Origin: Marsupella aquatica
Lineage: Eukaryota > Plantae > Marchantiophyta
Direction of reading: 5' to 3'
NCBI GenBank assembly: GCA_973895155.1
Contig: OZ316894.1
Coordinates: 8,704,234-8,768,233, forward strand
DNA: 64,000 nt
In this document: positions 39,570 to 50,996 of the stretch, piece after piece
Position numbering within the stretch: position 1 is the first letter of the stretch
Layout: each line of letters opens with the position of its first letter
Notes under the pieces: generated by a model
What the model was told of the DNA's origin: nothing
Seen by the model: only the letters and a program-made list of their open reading frames with translations
The model's database searches: none
Position numbers and translations under genes: made by a program

Positions 39570-40056
39570 TCAATCTCCTTAGTACTTGATAAAATCTATC
39601 AATGTTTGATTCATTGGGAAACTCAAGATCAAGATTTAGAAACTCGTGACCTCTTTAGTATTGTCTTGATAAAATCTCTCAATGTCAAACTCATTGGAAA
39701 GCTAAAGTAAAAATTAAAAACTCATCATCTCCTTAGTACCTGACAAAATCTATCAATGTTAGTTTCATTGGAAAGCTAGAGAAATTGAGATACTCATGAT
39801 CTCTCTAATTCTTGACTAATAATCTCAATGTCACACATTAGAAAGCTAGAGAGATTGAAAACCTCATGATCTTTTTAGTATCGTGACAAAATCTGATGTA
39901 AAATTTGTCAATGTCAGACTCAATGTTGGAAAGCCAGAAGAATTCATGGACTCATGATCAATATTTCTTATACTCACACTCATTGGAAAGGTAAAGAAAT
40001 TCAAAATCTCATTTGGAACTTGACAAAATTTGTCAATCTAAGACTCATTGGAAACC
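39570..40056. repeat. Degenerate tandem array of ~7 units (57-88 bp, mean ~72 bp)
   Basis: Consensus approximately CTCATGATCTCTTTAGTACTTGACAAAATCTATCAATGTCAAACTCATTGGAAAGCTAGAGAAATTGAAAA. CATTGG-like anchors at about 39612, 39692, 39766, 39836, 39925, 39981 and 40046. Confidence 0.8.
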
Positions 40057-41458
40057 CTTTTTCAATTAAGAGATATCACAATCTCATCATCGTCACAAAC
40101 TTAGCTGTTGAAAATTGATTTCTTTGATTACGTCGTCATCCCTTGTCCACAATGCTTGCTTCCCGGCTTGAATTGTTTGCATTCCTCTAGTCTTCAACTG
40201 AAGCTCACTTTGAACACAGATTGACGCCAAATGCAGCCTCTATGTCAGAGAAACAATCGTTGGTCTCCCTCTCACACCATAGCTTTCTTAAATAAAAATA
40301 CTACAAATCCTTCATGTGAAGCGATGACTCGTTTGTTTTATGTGTTCTTCCCACCGAATCGACAAGCACTCTTTTGCCAATAGCTAAGTGTTGTCCTTCA
40401 GTCTGTCTTGTGACAATAATGCTCAATGTAACTCACAAACAATCATGAATGAATGATAGAAACACGATTTCTCCAGTGTGTAAGCAAAAACCGTCAAAAA
40501 ACTCAATTCCTCCATATTCAACCTTCCGTTGATAAATCTCCTCTATCTTTTGAGCGTTTTCTTTTGTACGAGCACACACCGAGACCATCGGGAGACTCAA
40601 AACCGTCGATTACCGTCTTGTTGAAAATTGATTTCACTCTATCAAACAAAAATTCCTTGGATGAACATGGGGCTCCACGGATTAATTGACATGTACCAAT
40701 TTTGTTATAGAGGATATCTTTATAACAAGAAGTGACACTCCAATTTGATTTACTGAAACAAGCCACACCTGCCCCCAAGTCTTGTGAAGTCAACTCAACT
40801 ACCGCTTTGGATCCAGGTTGCTGACTTCACTCAGGGTTACTGAGAAAACTAGATTATTTCTAAGCAGTGGAGGGCAAATTCTGTATTCTTGCTAGAATCC
40901 ATGGAAGTAAGCTTCTGAAAGGGTTTTTGGGCTCACCTTACTTAAGAGTGAAGGTCAGTTACACAGGTCATGTGCAGGCAGGTAGACAAGAGTGCAACAT
41001 ACATTACCCATGTGGAGGTTACAAAAGTTACAACATTCGTCCTGTTTGAACCAGTCTTTAGAAAATTCTGGATGGAAGTATATATGAAAGAGACAAACCA
41101 AAATAAACAGGGTTGTACTTGATTTTATCAAGGGGAACCTATGCAATAAAGGGTTGGCTGTTTGCAACCTTCTCACTTGACCAGAGCACCCACTTCGCTC
41201 TATCATGGACATCATCAGACTGAAAATATCCAGTGCTCAATTATGCCAACCTTGAAATCAAACCTGCCAAAAGACAATGCCATCGCCTAGGGGTGGTTTG
41301 AAGTCCTGGCCAAAGTGACCATTCTATACATACCAAAACGGGTGTCCAAGATAGTGTAAAGCCAATTGTAACCCTTTTCCCTCCATAGAGGTCCAGATGT
41401 AAACTGCAGATGAAATATAGGTGGCCGGCCCAATTATATTCTAAAGCCAACCTAAGGG

Positions 41459-41815
41459 TGTTGAGCAAAACAACCACTACTCATAAGACAACAGCACACG
41501 TGCAACATCCACTGAACACACAAATAGTCAACACAAAAGATATGTGTTTCATTTCACCAAAGATTACATCCATGGGAACACATAAGAGAGTTTTTCATTA
41601 CTGAACTTTGAGCTTGTCCGCCATATCGAGTCTCCATAGACTAAGCTTGTCCTATCTCCCAAGTGGCTCCGTAATAATGAACCTAGTTTCACTCACTAAA
41701 TAATTTATGCTAGTGTACGTTTTGGGGACATATCTAATTGTAGCCAAGCACATGACTATGATTTGACTAAATGCGGTTGCAGAGTAAGTCTAGACCTAAG
41801 AGTAAATGCCTAGCA
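41459..41815 (-). mobile_element. Copia solo LTR with 5-bp TSD
   Basis: TGTTGAGCA at 41459 is the reverse complement of the LTR end TGCTCAACA; the other terminus is CCTAGCA at 41815. Flanks AAGGG/AAGTG (4/5 match). Internal blocks match the other two LTR copies. Confidence 0.78.
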
Positions 41816-43916
41816 AAGTGGAGACATAATCTCAACAAAGGAAACTACAGAGATTTATTTTTAATCTTCTTGCATGTCACTTCAATAATGCAACTGCAAT
41901 TACTCTTCCTACTTTAATATGGGATATAAGACTTAAGAGATTCCCTATCTCTTATCTTGTGCAAAATATGCTTGTATGTCAAACACATTGATTTATTGAA
42001 GGTATGATGGAAATCAGCTTTATTTTAAATTTCCTTCATCATCTAACCTAACCTTTAATAATATGCAATCTTGCTCTTGCCTCTCACATTGTCCACCAAA
42101 AAGTAGACTTTTGGCGGGAATTAATGCCGGCCTCCCAATTTGAATGAAGGTTTTGGGACTACCAGATGGTATGGGGTAGTGAGTGTTGATCTAGGTGCAC
42201 ACACAGAATTTGGATAAGGTGGGAGTGCTGTGCAGGGATGAGGTGGAATTGCCATGCTCAACCCAGGTATGCACTCACTTCCCCAATTAGTAATCTGTGC
42301 AATTCCCCATCTGCAAGAAGAGTGAGAAAAGGAGCATTAACTTGCAAGTTTCAAACCTGGGCCAAGAAGAAAAAGTCCCTAACTCTAAACACATGGGCTA
42401 GTTGTCCTTTGCTGAAAGAAACAAGGCAAAGATGCTACATTTCACCCAGTTTTGTTACAATTAATGTATATAAAATCAAGCTCCAAAAAACTCTAGTTGT
42501 ATAATTTGGGTTTCCAATCTTCCCGTGATTATCCAAATTGGTGCCGTCCACACCACATTTACACAAGCTATTGTTGCTCACTTCTAAATTTAGAGTCTGC
42601 TATACATGCTTTACTTATACTATATAAAGTGAACATTGTAGTGTTCATTTGGGGCATGAGAAGAAATTTCTCAAATGAATCTATTGTGGGTAGAATCAAG
42701 AAAACAATGTTCATCCCATAAGTAGAGATTTTTGTGATTTTTCTCTTTGTTGTTTTAGTTCATTAATTTCCATACAACCTCACTTCTTGTGAGAGGGCAT
42801 TATCCAAAGCACCATAAATGTAGGAGAGGTAAAAACCACATGTAATTTTACCACACAAATTAAAATAATAAATTGTATTAAAAAACACAAGATTTGAAAC
42901 ACCAAATGTAGGAGAGGTAAAAATAAACTACAACTTTTACCATACAAATTAAAGTAAGAAATTGTATAAAAAGTCACAAGATTTTCTTTTAACTGCTTTC
43001 ATGTTTTTGACCAATTGCATGCACTTCTTGCATGGCACTTTAACTTCTATTTCAGAGATTCGATTTTTCTTGTATGCTCCACAAAAATCATTCAAATTTT
43101 TACTTACATTAATTGTTTGTTTCTTACATTAATTTTTAAAAAGTTTTTTCTTACAATTACAATTTTTTTTGTTTTCCCTCTTTTTAATTAAAGAGATTTA
43201 TTTCCTCATCCTCTCCCTCCAGCCAAGTGCTTTTTTTTGGCCCTATTCGAGCATTTGAGAAACATTTGTTGGGGTAAATTATTATATTTTATCGTGACGT
43301 GATTCTTCATGGGAATACGGTATTTCGTGCTTCATGGGAACTCAAGCAGTACGTTCTGGCTCGTTAATGTTTACAGTACTGGTTTGACATGTAAAAGGTT
43401 ATTTAACAACACTGTTAATTCTTGCTCCTTCCTCCACGCCTCGTCTGTTCCTCTGTAGCCTTGTTAAAAGTGTCTGACACACAACTTTTACGGCCGTGAG
43501 GTACGCTAAAATAAATGTATCGCAAGGACTGAAGGACAGGATGATGAACACGCAGAATGACTGAATGACCGAAGGGAGCGGAGACTCTACGACTGTACAG
43601 GACGAAAGGAAAATTTAGTCAATTGATAGAAAAAATGAGTGCGATGGCCGCTGCAGAAGGAGCAGCGCAAGAAGTGTAAGTACACGATAAAAGACGCATG
43701 CAATTGGCGTCATACTCAACGAAACCGCCCCAAGCGAAATATCGTGTATTCGTGTACACACGCACGAAGGAACATTCCCTCCCAGCCTCCCAGGCCAATT
43801 ATCGTGTATTCATGTACACTAGCCCGATTGCACACGAAGGGCCCCTTGTACATACTGTATACTCCCGTGCATGGGGGCTTTACAAGATCTAGGAGTCACA
43901 CAAGAACTAGGACATA

Positions 43917-44062
43917 GGTCTTTCCTTTGTATATCTGACATGAAATCGTAGCCATTTAAACGTGAGAACGAATTGTGCGTTAGGAGATACTGTACAGTAG
44001 GTCTTCCTTTCTAGATCTGACATGAAATGGCAGCCATATAAATGTGAGAACGCATTGTGCGT
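43917..44062. repeat. Imperfect ~82-bp tandem duplication
   Basis: GGTCTT..CCTTT.TA.ATCTGACATGAAAT.G.AGCCAT.TAAA.GTGAGAACG.ATTGTGCGTT occurs twice. Confidence 0.75.
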
Positions 44063-45915
44063 TCTACCTACTGTAGACTCCAGTGCCCCTCCCTACTAAG
44101 GGTTGTAATATCAGCCATTCAAATCTGGAAAGAGACCATGAACTTGGGGTACAATGCATCAAAATCAGCAAAACCATCGCCTGCCACACCATGTGGGTCC
44201 TTTTTATTTGCTGATGTGGCCACTAATTTTTTATCAGAAGCCTAGACCACCTTTGGTTTAAAGTGTAAAGAATGAACCCCATGTGATAATGACATTTTAG
44301 GATCGTAGATTGATTTTCTCCAAACTTGATACATTGGCTTAGACATTAATTTTTTCTTGGTTTAGTCATTTGAAATTTTGGTGCAATGTGACAAGGGAAC
44401 ACCACAAACACCTTTGGAAATTTGTAAGTCTCTGAGTTCTCAATGAAAAATATGACTATATACTAGGTTTATCCAAAATATCTGCGGACTATGCTTCCAA
44501 GGAGCCCCAAAATAGCAAGTGAGATATTAAATGTTAGAGGTAGCTGCTCAAGAATTTTCAGAAGTGTGAAGTGTGGACAAAGAATAATAGAATAATTTTT
44601 AGAAATCTCTCTCAGTTTTCAATGAAAACTAGGTATGTGAGACTCATTGTAAAGTTCTTTCCAAACCATCTTTCCAAGTCTCGTCTAAAGAGCCCAGTAG
44701 AAGAGCTCAAGACCAGAGTATTCAAGCGCGATCATTAATGTCCAATTTTGCTGTTAAAAACACTTCAGAAACGAGAAGATGTAAAGTAGTGAAAGCCTAT
44801 TACGTACCATCCATGGGGTTGGATGGTTCACAGGCTCTGTCCAGGCTTCAACTTCAATGTACGCCAAAATGCCAAATTAATACGAGTATCTGAGTACAGC
44901 TGAATGTGATCTGGTTCAAAAGATCGTAATCTTCCTGTCCAAACGAACACGGATTTGATTGTTGCGATTTGAAGTTGAATCTTCAGTTTCCTGCAAACGC
45001 GCAACTACTACAGTCTTTTGTCTTCTTTAACGCATCATTTAATTGCGACAAGACAGTACAACCCATGGGCCCTGCGCAACTACTCTGTTGCGCGACTGAG
45101 CTTCGTACTGTATCTCGTAAAGTAGTGGTAGCGAACAATCTGCTCCAGGAATTAGATTAGGCACAAATTGACTTTTGGATTTCTCTACTTTTTGAGCTCA
45201 AATTTTCAAACTGCTCGAGTATTTATGGAAAAGATTGATGGATGCGGCGTGCCCGTTTCGCGCCGGTGCTGACAATAAATGTCTGGCGCAGTCTAGAACA
45301 CGGTATCCCTACGAGAGAGGTGGAAAGCAGCGCGTACTACGCCGTAGCGGGAAGGTTTATTCGTTTTTCCTGTCGCCTGTCCGTTTTCAGTAGATTTCCT
45401 TTGTTGACTGTACTAAATGTAACTGCTGACTTGTGGGCTATGGCCAAATTTTAATCTTGGCAAACTTTTGGAATTCGTTAAGCTATTAAACTTTTAGAGT
45501 AACAAATTTGTCAAAACTAATCCCCATTTTTGTTTTGTTGGGTGGATTTTTGGGATTGTGGGGGAAGGGGGCGGGGCGGGAAGGGGATGAAATTTCATTT
45601 GAACCACACTGCTAAAAGAACAGAATGAGCCAAAAAAGGGACACAAGATCCCAGAGACAGGAGATCGAAATAAACTGGGGAAAGCAAAGGAAAAACCCTA
45701 GAATGACCAAAGAGCCAAAAAAACCTGAGAGTACTAATCACTAGAGTAACTGAAGTCTGCTAACTCTATGGAGGAAACTACATAGGAGGGTCATGAAGGG
45801 AGATGTTTCTCAGTCCATGAAACCAGTTGCCTAGGCCCTCTGAAGAATTGTCAATTGGTGAACTGTCTATAGTGCAATAAACACTCATTATGTAAAGAAT
45901 GTTTTTTGTTCCTTT

Positions 45916-45916
<1 letters not shown>

Positions 45917-45966
<50 letters not shown>
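45917..45966. repeat. (AG)n microsatellite
   Basis: About 25 perfect AG units. Confidence 0.95.
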
Positions 45967-45968
<2 letters not shown>

Positions 45969-46156
45969 CATCCTAGACAAGTAGCCTGTGCACCTTTCTT
46001 GGTTTATATTTCTCAAGACAAGTTCTTGATGGGGCACACCCAGATAAACCCTCCCCTCGGGACAGGTGTCCCCTGCCCAGACTGCCAGTGAATTTGAAAT
46101 TTGAATTTACATGAATAACCTTACATTTCTCCCCTGCCAGAAGCTGTAAGTTTTTT

Positions 46157-46326
46157 TCTCACTCAATTTTGATCATTTTCTAGTGAGGTTTTTTTTCTGA
46201 AGTGTAGATGAGATCTCACTCAATTTTGATCATTTTCTTGTGTGGTTTTTTTCTGAAGTGTAGATGAGATCTCACTCAATTTTGATCATTTTCTTGTGTG
46301 GGTTTTTTTTGAAGTGTAGATGAGAT
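46157..46326. repeat. Minisatellite, 3 x 56-57 bp
   Basis: TCTCACTCAATTTTGATCATTTTCT.GTG.GG(T)n..GAAGTGTAGATGAGA starts at 46157, 46214 and 46270. Confidence 0.92.
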
Positions 46327-47558
46327 GTACTGTGTGAGAAGTGGATTGCAGCATTAATTTACAAATAATATTTTACCAGGGATCAATGGGACGGCCATTG
46401 CAAGAGCACCCAGTTGCAAACTCAACTATTGGGTTTCAAGAGTGAGTACTCTAGGGTACTTATATGCAGATTAGTGATCTAATTAAAAGAATAGCCCTGG
46501 CCCGTGGATGACACTGTTGACAAGGTAGCTCTAACAGCGTAGGTGGTAGGTGGTAACTGTGCAGTCAATGCAGCAAAAGAACTTTGCCCACAGAGCCGTC
46601 CAACTGAGAAATTTTTAAAGATTTGTGGCTGGTCCATGCCTAATTTGTTTGGAGGGGCCCCATCAAGCAATTGTCTTAGTTTTCTCAGTTCACACATTGG
46701 ACGTAACTTCCAACTCAAGATTTGTAGTTGTTCAAGAATACTATACTTATTTCCGGGTATCAATAAACCCATTCCAATACTCTGTAAACCCTGAACTGTC
46801 CAAGAACTTTTAGGAGGTCAAAGCTTTTTGACCATTTTAAATTTGTTGTCACGACCATTTTGGAGTAATTATGGTAACCAGGTTTTGAAAATGGATAGGG
46901 GCCCTCAGGTACTATTGAGAGATTTGGATAACTCACTTTGGTGTTTGGTGGCAATGTTCTAAGACGAATGGAGGAGAGTCCTCATTTTCGATCCCCACTG
47001 CTTAAATTTTCAGACTTATCTCTCCCCTGCAAGAAGCTGTCTCTTGCATGCCAGATGTGGTACATTCAGGTGCGTGGTAGTGTTGCCCGGCCACTCTTGC
47101 CAAACTATGTGGACAGCAGCAATAGTTCAATCTTGAGTTACCTGGACGGCTATGACGACAAGGAAGCCAGCAGAATGCGGGACATAATGCCAATTTGTAT
47201 GGGGGCTCTGTTCCAGCTGCTCTCTGCCAAAGATGAGCAGGGATACCACTTGTCTTGCTATTGAGGCCAATGCCTGGTCACACTTAGATTTCACATTTTA
47301 TCATTCTGTAAGAGACCCCAATTCAGATTAGGGTCTAACTGAATTGGAAACTGTCCATTTGAAGAAAGTCACCAACACATTGTTGGGGACCCTTTTGAAG
47401 ACTCTCACATGTGAGAAGTATCCAAGGTTACCATAGTTAAATCCTGCCACCTACTAGTAATTAACCTATGTAAGGACTGGGCCAGGCATCTGCTCAGAAT
47501 GAAAGCTGGCAAATCCACTTATGGGGATGTCTCAACTACATGACCTTCCTTGGGCTGC

Positions 47559-48062
47559 ACTATGAAAAATCCATGAAGATAGTTCACAGATCCCATCAGT
47601 TCCCCCAAGACCCCCATGAATGTAATTACTTTGCAGGGGTAGACGCTGTATTGTAGGCTACACTGATAGATTTTGTCTATGGCAGACCCACTGTTAGGTG
47701 CCCCGCCAGCACCTGTTCACTGGCCGGTCTTTGGGGGTTTGCTCCTTCTGAGGTGGTTAAATTTCCTGTTTGGGTTCCTTTCCTTGGGGCCTGCTTCTCT
47801 CCTGGTTCCGACTATGAAAAATCCATGAAGATAGTTCACAGATCCCATCAGTTCCCCCAAGACCCCCATGAATGTAATTACTTTGCAGGGGTAGACGCTG
47901 TATTGTAGGCTAGACTCATAGATTTTGTCTATGGCAGACCCACTGTTGGGTGCCCCGCCAACACCTGTTCACTGGCCGGTCTTTGGGGGTTTGCTCCTTC
48001 TGAGGTGGTTAAATTTCCTGTTTGGGTTCCTTTCCTTGGGGCCTGCTTCTCTCCTGGTTCCG
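47559..48062. repeat. 252-bp tandem duplication
   Basis: Copies 47559-47810 and 47811-48062 are nearly identical with a few substitutions. AC microhomology at the junction. Confidence 0.95.
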
Positions 48063-50996
48063 ACCTCTCCCGACCTTTGACCTCTGGTCCCCCCGGATGA
48101 TGACCCTATCTTATGGGCCGCCCTTGTTGTGGCTTTTTAAATGAAATTCAATTAGTTTTTCTGAGGCAAAAAAAACATAAGGTAGTGCACTAATTCTCCT
48201 ACAGTACCGAAATTAGTTGATTGCAAAGCACATGCAGATCAACGTCTAAATTGACCACAATCACCTCACTGATTAAATCATATTCATATGATTGATAATT
48301 GGCCCCTCTACCGGCAAACCACAGTCATCCACCGTCTACTCAACAACGGCGAAGGCCTCAGGGCCAGTTCTGTAAATTATCATTGCTCTTGAACGGTCAC
48401 ACTCTGATCACCTACGCAGAAATGAGGCACAACGGCAATAGTCGTCACACTGTAAGAGAGTGTCATCCTACGAATACAGTCAGAGAACAATGAGCTCAGT
48501 TGTCCCCCTAGGATTCTTCAAGAGTTTTCCGAACGTTTGTATCCTCCCCTTTACATACAGGTTGTATCTCGAGACACGGGGAATTGTGGGCAGGCTGTTA
48601 CAGTGCGACCTTCATACTACAGTGATTTATTAATAGGACCCTGACCGCCGTCGGGAAGCGGGATTGTGTGACGAATTTGCAACTGTTTAACGACAACCTT
48701 ACTGTAGGACTCTGTCATGACACAAAGGGGCAAACGACGGACTCTGGTATGACATGTCGCTGAAGACCATGCAGTAGGGCAGTAACTAACTGGCGTTCAC
48801 TGTTCATTGAGGGTAGTTTTTAGGAGTGTGGGGGCACTGTGTTTTTTTTCTTTCACCGAATCAAATTGGAAGGTCACTGTTTGCTCTAAAATGAGACTCC
48901 AAGCCAAAGTTCTTTTAGTTAGAAATGAATCTTAACAAATGCTAATCCCTTGAATGAAGGAGCCCAAGTTGGAAATGGTTGGACCACCTTGGGATCCAAA
49001 TAATACACATCAGCCTTTACTTGGACCCACTTCTTAACATGTGAAATTGGTCGATATGTTACTGGAATCCACCCTGAGTTCTTGTGAAGCCAGTAATAAA
49101 TGTTTCCACTCATTATACAGTGTACTTTTAATCTTAGAAGGAATAAACTTATACACAAAGTGGCTGAAACCAGATGAGTTGGTCAACATTCAATTCAAGT
49201 TCAGGGTGAGTTATTGTATGACATTAAAATAGTGCGTGTTCAATACTGGGTAAAATTGTGCTTAGGCCTTCCGGAGTTCCCTAAGTCACCCGAGTCCATA
49301 ATAGTAGAGAATTAGCTTTGGAGATGGGTTCGGCCAGAACGAGAGGAGGAAATAACTTGCCTGATATTTGTTGTACTAAGCAACTTCTTGGCAGATTTTA
49401 CTCTCACTAAATGTTAGCATGATGGGAATGGGAATGGCGACAGTGGCTATCATGCTCTCCGTTTATATGAAACTCTTTATGAGCCCTGTTTTAAGCTATA
49501 TAATCAAAATCGAAAGATGGTTTTCAGGGTGCTGGCTTGAATATCCTCACATCTCTATTTATATTCAAAGAAGGGGCCCCCCACTCATGCTAGTGTCTTG
49601 TAAAGCCACCCCAATTTGCTAGTGTGTATTTTTTTAGGGCCAACGAAGGGGCACTCAGGCTAGTGTCTGGTACTCTGGTGGAGCTAACCCCGATTTGAAA
49701 ACCGAGTCAATGACAAAGAACTGAGTTAATACAAGCTTCCTTTCTTCTGTCTCGAACGGTAAAGTTGCTTTTAATGCGCCGAATTGACCAGGCGTTCGTT
49801 TTACCCTTACTACGATGGTACAATTCCCTCCGGCCCTTGCTTTGGAGTTACCCCTGTCTTCCCTTCCCTAGTTCCCTCGTTTGAATGAGGAATTGGCGCT
49901 AGCGCGAGGGCGAGGGCGAGGGCCGTCGTGTACCGAAGGTTCTGTTCCTCCTGCTTTAGTTCGGCCATTCGCTTCGTTGTCTGTCGACTTGTCGTCGATC
50001 TCAATGCAACGAAACGATTGTCGTCGTGGAACGCGAGGGAATGGTGATGAAAGAGCTGGCTTGACTGATGGCTTTTGGCTGGGTGGCTGAGTGCCTTCAG
50101 GAAATGAATGGCAAGTACTGTAAGGTGGGTTTCGAAGGGGACGGAATGGGAGTATCGGAAGGAAGTACTGTAGAGGAGTGAGATGAGGATGAAGCCGAGG
50201 GGCATTTTCGTTCTTCTTGGTCCTATCACTTCTTGAGCTGAGGTACGGCATCTCGCGCTCGTAGCTCGTAGAAGCTTCGAAGTTAACGGGCCGTGCACAT
50301 TGAGTACGTAATGACAGTTCTGTACATTCTGCGTACCACCACAGGTAGTCAGTCAGAGCTCTGAATTTTCTCGATCGGCATTGCAATGTGTTTGGTGCTT
50401 TCCGTTGCGCACCTCCCCTCACGTCGCTCGCTCTTGTGAGGAACAGTAAAGTTACTGGCGTGATTGCACCCCTGTCACATTGTGAACGAATTCTGGTCTG
50501 TAGCTGCTGCCGCCTCCTCGCATTCGTGTCGGTTTCGGCAGTGCAGCGTTGTGATTTGGATGTGGATGGGTTCATGCAAGAGCAGTGGGAGATTCACATG
50601 ATTTTTCCCGTCCTGCTGGTTTTGACATTCCTGAATTTGCTGCCGGAATTGACCGTATCGATGACTCCGATTCGTGCATCTTGCGCAATGGCATTATCTG
50701 GTCATTGCCTTGATTGGTTATTCTTATCTGGGTTTCCATAGAGTGCCGAGTATCTCGGATCTACATGGCATTCCGGTGTATACTGTTCATGCGGGTGAAT
50801 TCCTCAATTTGCACTCCCGACAGATTGTAGAACGTTGATGGCGTTCCTCTAGCCTGAAGCCGAATTCTCGTGGTTCCTGGAAGTAAACCCCGATCTGGCG
50901 CCGCGCACCCAGATTGTCGCGATAATGCGGTCCTCTTTTACGCTTCTTATCACTTCTACATAAGCGCGTGCCATCTTCGGAAAGAACTGGGGAAAG

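Noticed and set aside
39570-40056. CRISPR-like repeat-spacer array
   Set aside because: Units are similar along their whole length with no unique spacers, the repeats are degenerate, there are no cas genes and the context is eukaryotic.
46480-47270. Cluster of short ORFs
   Set aside because: Probably a heavily decayed LINE fragment, but I could not read diagnostic motifs with confidence.
49810-50741. 235-aa and 162-aa minus-strand ORFs and overlapping plus-strand ORFs
   Set aside because: No recognisable motifs. The region looks like the GC-rich 5' UTR and first intron of the gene starting at 50997.
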